Assembly: GCA_012295275.1 (NCBI GenBank)
Contig: CM022668.1
Coordinates: 14,694,001-14,758,000 of the forward strand
DNA: 64,000 nucleotides
Source of the DNA: Chrysomallon squamiferum
Taxonomy: Eukaryota; Animalia; Mollusca
Direction of reading: 5' to 3'
The notes under the pieces were generated by a model that was not told where the DNA came from, did not search any database, and saw only the letters and a program-made list of their open reading frames with translations. The translations under genes and the position numbers were made by a program. Of the stretch, positions 56,483 to 64,000 are shown one piece after another (within the stretch, counting starts at the first letter, position 1; each line of letters begins with the position of its first letter).

Positions 56483-57172
56483 CTTTTTTCTCCTTTTTTC
56501 CCAGTACTTTTTTCTTTTCTTTTCCTTGTTTTTGTATTCCTACTTTCCGTTTCCGTTCTTCTTTTTCTTGTGCTTCTATTTGATAATATTCACCGCCATG
56601 TTTTCGCACATTGGATTTGATCATGTCGATCAGCTGGTGAGCCATTTCTTCTTTCGTTTCCTCGTCTCTTTCGCGATTGTTAAATCCAACATATCTTCCT
56701 CCACATCTGTTGATTAATTCTTTTAGGCTTTCTGGTGCCTCATTTAGAAATTCTTCAAAATCTGTTTCGTCCTCTTCAAGATCGTCAATTCTGGTGAACA
56801 GAAGGAACATGTAATCAAACAGTTTTTCTCCAAATACTTGCTCGTAGTATTGGATTGTTTTTTCATCTTCTGGTGTGAAACTCTTTGTCTGCAGAGCCAT
56901 GATGAAAGCATGTGGTCCTGGATCACTCATCCTGATACTCTGCATGATTTCGTCCGTACTCTCTCCTTGTGAACGACCGGTGTCGAATGCTCTTGGTGTA
57001 TCAACGATCAGAATGTCCTGACCAAATCGAGTTGTTCGTTCTGCCTTGCAGGTTCTAGCACCAGGTTTAGTCTGACAACGTTTCTCTCCAAGGATGGTAT
57101 TAGCGGACGCACTTTTTCCTGAAGCAGCCATCCCAATCATAACAATGCGCAGTTCACTTTCACTGTCAGAAT
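56483..57172 (-). CDS. GIMAP: AIG1/GIMAP domain exon D3 (690 nt, phase 1-1), catalytically degenerate
   Basis: ORF 56475..57140, near-identical to D2 (offset 2351 nt); acceptor AG 57174-57173; donor AAAG|GTGAGT. Confidence 0.88.
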
Positions 57173-59909
57173 CTGAAACAAATTAAAAACACTCTGTGTA
57201 GAAACGAAGTCATTATTTTGATATTTTCACTGTTGTTAATATTATTACTATTATCATCATTGTGCTCTGTCTATCTATCGGCCTGACTGTATGTGTATAA
57301 TCTTTAAATATATCCAGTTTGTAATGATTGTCCGAGAAAGCGATTTGTATGGATCCACCTCTTTTATATAATGATGATGAGATCCCAGAGTAATTATTGT
57401 TTATAACTAAAGAAATATAATATTAAATCTTTAATTCTGTCATTCGAGATTTCATTATGCAATACATTTCAAAACTACAAAACACGAGATTTTGATCATG
57501 TTAAAATATATTTTATTGACTTTTTGTATTGATTTCTTTCTCTATTTATTTATTTATTAAACTTTAATAATATTTATAAGGTCTTACATGAAACAACGTC
57601 AATAAAATCCCAAAACTGAAGTAGGTTAGGATTTTTCAGCGCATTATTAGTTTCTGATAGCCGTTTACAGACAGAAACACATACGAACACCCACGCGCGC
57701 ACACAGATTTATAGAAAGTATAGAGACTATAAATAAAACACAACACAGTTTAAATATATAGGAACAAATTTCCTTTCTTACAAAAATCAGCATTTTAGTT
57801 ACATACAAATGAACTTTCTCAGTTTGAAAAATACATCAGTAATTCAGTTATAAACTGAAACGGGTGTAATTCTGTGTATATATTGTATATTTTGAAAGAG
57901 AAATTAGTTACATGCTGTTCCATGATTTCTGTTAGAGAAACTAAATATTTAATACTGATGTATTAAACTGTTAAACATATAAATACAAAAATAAAAATAA
58001 AACAAGTATAAAAAATATAATAGTGAAAATAAATAAAGAAATAAATAAATAAATAAAGAACAAAAATAATTAAAAAGTAATTAGTAAAAATAAATATATA
58101 CATTAAAAAATGATAAAATAAAATGAAATGATATAAAATAAAATAAAATAAGTAAAACAGTCGGCATGCTAAGGTAATGAAAAATACAAGAACAAACTCG
58201 TGTTTATGTTTGACTGTCACATGAAACCTGACTGACAATACAGTGTGTGTAAGTGAAGTAAATATTTTGTTTAGTTCTTTATAAATTCAGTGACATTTGA
58301 TTACCTGCACTCTTGCAAATATCTGTTTCTTTAATATATTATTCTATAAATAGAGATTACTAATTATTTTTTTTTTATTAGTTAATTCACTGATTAATTT
58401 ATTTTTTCAATTTAATTAAATTCAAAACGCCATGTTTTGTATTTTCCCCAAGTTAATAAAATCCCCAAACTGAATTCAGTTCGGACAGTTCACCACAGAA
58501 TTGATTTTTAATAACCGATTGACGACAAATACAGAAGTGTACTCGTTGTTGCTTTATATAAGGGTTGACAAAACAGCTCTGTTCCCGAGAAAAACGTATT
58601 TACACTAAATAGGTAGTTATGAGCCACCCACTTTGCTTTATCGGTTAACAGTTTTATGAACTACCTGATCATCTATAATGTTTAAAGAAAATAACAACAA
58701 GCAAACAGAGTGTGACATAACAGATATAAATACTTTGAATTTTAAACTAAGGTGATGATGTAATAAACATGTTATTTTATCATAGCAGTATTAGATCTGT
58801 ATATTTCTTCAAACATACATACATACAGACAAACGTATAGAAACTACACAGAGTATAAAATAGAGCACATTTAACATGGACTTTTTATTATGGTTGAACG
58901 CCGCCCTCTGTTTTAGAAATACATGAGTAATTTAGTAACTTGGATACTGAAACGTGTTTTGTTCTGAAGAATAAGTTTGAAGTACAAGATTGTTAGATAT
59001 TACTGGATATGTTTGTATTTCAACAAATATATTACTTGAAATTGTTGTATTAAATTTTTAAACATACCAATACACATACACACTCAGACTCACATACAAA
59101 ATAATAAATAAAAAAATAAATAAAAGCACAAAAACAGATTTAATTGAAATAGTAATGAGGCTACTCTCTTGAAGATTAGGTCAAAACATTATCAAACGTC
59201 ATTGTCAATAGAAAAGTTTTTCACTTCAGGCTACAAAAACAAACTCGTCATTGCTTTTTGTTACATGAGCGATGACTCAAAATACAGCGTGCATAAGTGA
59301 AGTTAAGACACTGATTAGTTCTTTATAAACCTCTCTTATATGTGACATTTTATACGTGTCAACATGTAAAGATCTGATATATTATTTTGTGAATATACTT
59401 TACTTATTGTTGCTTTATAACAGGTTAAGCAAAAAGTCCATTAATTTATAATGAAAACACATTCTAGAGTAATTTTATTTTATAACAAAAGCGAAATAAA
59501 AGTTAAGAGATCATTTTTGTCATTCAAGTGTTGTGAAGTATTTCATTATGAGAAACCTTACAGAAACGAAGGAGAAGAAAGGTAGCTCATCTAGTAACTT
59601 TTTCTACTTCAAGTATTTTTATGTTATGTAAAAAAGTTCATTAATCAATTAATTTGTTTATTTCTTATTTAATTAAATTTAAAGGGTCTTTTGGAATCAG
59701 TATATTATCTTTTTCCCAGCGTAAAAAAAAAAGCACAAAAGGAATTCCAATTCAGAACAAAGTGACTTTATCATGTCTTCTTGACGACAAATACAACACT
59801 AATCCTTTGTTGTTTAGTATATTGGAAGGCAAGTTGCTTCTATTCATGAAGTCACAGTAGTTGTCCGAAACAACGTGTTAGTACTAAGAATATACCAAAG
59901 AAGAGGTTT

Positions 59910-60058
59910 TGTGTGTGTTTGTTTGTAGTGTTAGTGTGTGTGTGTGTGTCTTTCTTTGTGTGTAATGTTAGTATGTGTGTTTGTGTGTCTGTTTGTAATG
60001 TTAGTGTGCGTGTGTGTGTGTGTGTGAGTGTTTATGTGTGTGTGTTTGTGTGTGTGTG

Positions 60059-60102
<44 letters not shown>
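59910..60102. repeat. (GT)n imperfect microsatellite
   Basis: Directly visible. Confidence 0.9.
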
Positions 60103-60105
<3 letters not shown>

Positions 60106-60113
60106 GTCCGCGC

Positions 60114-61790
<1,677 letters not shown>

Positions 61791-63092
61791 AGAGGGTTAT
61801 ATTGAGTAAACCTTAGATCTGTATGTTTCTTCAACGATGCAGCAAGCAAAAACACATACGACCACAGATTCATAGAAACCATAAATAAAACACAACATGG
61901 TTTAAATATTTAGAAACAAACACTCTTTCTTTCAAAAATCTGTATTTTTGTCAGATAGAAAAGAACTTTCTATGTTTGAAGAATACATCACTAATTCAGT
62001 TACACAGAAATGAAAGCTCTTTTTTTTTCTAAATTAGATTCGTAATTTAGTTACAAATTAAAACCGATGTAATTCTGAATATATATTTTGAAATACAAAA
62101 TAGTTACATGCTGTTGCATGATTTTTGTTTGCAGTATATATAGTAGATAATAAATAAAGAACGAAAGAAAAAATAAAAATAAAAAAATTTGCAAATAAAA
62201 AATAGTAAAATAAAAAACTAAATAGAAAAGTAACTAAAACCACCATGAAGCCAAGCTGCTGAAAATGACAAGAACAAACTCGTGTTTATGTCTCTTGAGA
62301 CCTGACTGATGATACAGCGTGTGTAAGTGAAATCTTTAAATCTTTATAAATGCAGTGACATTTGATAACGTGTCCACCTGTGAACACCTGTTTATCTAAT
62401 AAATTATTCTATGAATATAGCCTGCAAAATTATTTCTTATTAATTAATTAAGTTTAAAACGTCTTACCTGAAGCCATATTTTTTCTTTTTCCCAAATTAA
62501 AAAAATCGCAGAATTGAATTCAGTTCGGACTGTTCACTACAGATTTAGTCTGTGGTAGCCGCTTGACGTCAAATGCAGCACAGTACTCGTTGTTGTCTTA
62601 TATAAGTGATCAGAGAACAGCTCTGTTCCTGAGGAAAACGTATTTCCCCGAAAACAGTTATTTTCCTTTACTGGCTTTATTTACTGTGTAATGTCTAAAA
62701 ATAAGACTGAGCAGAGCGTGACGTGAAATGTAGTAATACTTTGAATTCATGTGTACGTTGTAGGTTTTAAATTAAAATTAAAATAACGATGTAATGATGT
62801 TATCATATCAAACAGTTTATGTTATCATGCCAGTGTTTTCAAGCATACCACATGTAGTATAAAATACAATAATTTAATATGGAATTTTTGTAATAGCCGA
62901 ACGCCCTTTGTTTCCAAAATACATGATTATTTAGTTACTGGGAAATTGAATCTTTTAATTGTGAACAATAACTTTGAAGTACAAGTTTAATTGTTTCTAT
63001 CTGAGCAAATTTATTATTTAAAATTGCACTTTCAAACTGTTGAATATACGAATAAAGATAAAAAGATAGGTAGACAAAGAGATTCGTAGACT

Positions 63093-63224
<132 letters not shown>

Positions 63225-64000
63225 AAACAAGTTTGCATGGCTCCCTGCCCTGGGTCGGACCCTAGGCTTCGGTCTAGTTAGCAATAGGGATAATAAGGCG
63301 CTGTAGCATAGCTTTAATGCTGAAGGAAAATCTATTTGTTTTGCTATTTTATGATAACAGGGACCAAATGTCTTATGTTATTTGAACCTTTGAACTATAA
63401 TTATGTTTCTTCGGCAATGCACACACCCACAAGACATACGAGTACACAAGCACATACATTTATACAAAGCACAGAGCTTATAACTAAAACATACTACAAT
63501 TCAAATATATAGAAACAAACACCCTTTCCTTCAAAAATCCATCAGTATTTTGGTTACATAGAAAGGAAAAGCCTCTGTTTGAAGAATAAATCAACTATTC
63601 AGTTACAGAGAAACGAATGCTTCCTTTTCCTAAAATAGACTAGTACTTTAGTTACAAATGAAAATGTGTGTAATTCTGAATATTTGGAAGCACAAAATAA
63701 CTGCATACTCCTGCATCTTTTTAATTTGCACAAATTTACTAGAAAAAATATAATATAACGTGTCAAAATGTAAAGATCTGTTTATCTAATATATTATTCT
63801 CTGTCATGTCAATATAGATTACTTGTTGTTGCTTTTTAAAAGGTTTGGAAGATACTTCTTGTCCTGAGGAAAAATGTATTTCTACGAAATCTGATTTTCA
63901 GCGCTAGGAACGTTAAAAAGCCGTGGTTTACTACTTTATATCAGTACATCCCAAGTGTAAAATTGTAAAAATAATTATGAAGAAGTAGGCCCTAGTACTA

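Overview
Very AT-rich, microsatellite-dense eukaryotic DNA, an invertebrate animal and plausibly a mollusc (taxon is inference). The window is a birth-and-death cluster of GIMAP/AIG1 (IAN) immune GTPases. It holds one intact canonical GTPase plus coiled-coil terminal exon (42339-43546, minus strand) and three near-identical AIG1-domain exons (52363-53043, 54132-54821, 56483-57172, minus). Those three have lost switch I, the G3 glycine and the arginine finger, and each is bounded by phase-1/phase-1 splice sites. Short linker exons at 44.3-45.4 kb can join all four domains in frame into one multi-GTPase protein of about 1,170 aa or more. Two GIMAP pseudogenes are present (25.2-26.2 kb minus; 31.8-33.7 kb plus, inside an inverted duplication). 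A roughly 14 kb tandem array of 14 monomers of about 1 kb, with higher-order structure, derives from the GIMAP 3' flank, and each monomer carries an exon-like cassette of about 127 nt. Mobile DNA includes a full-length but inactivated pogo (DD35D, Passer/POGK-like) transposon with TIRs and TA TSD, Tigger-type deletion derivatives, a Tc1 fragment, L1/Tx1 LINE RT remnants and many co-oriented hAT remnants. All alignments were made by eye; splicing is predicted, not observed.
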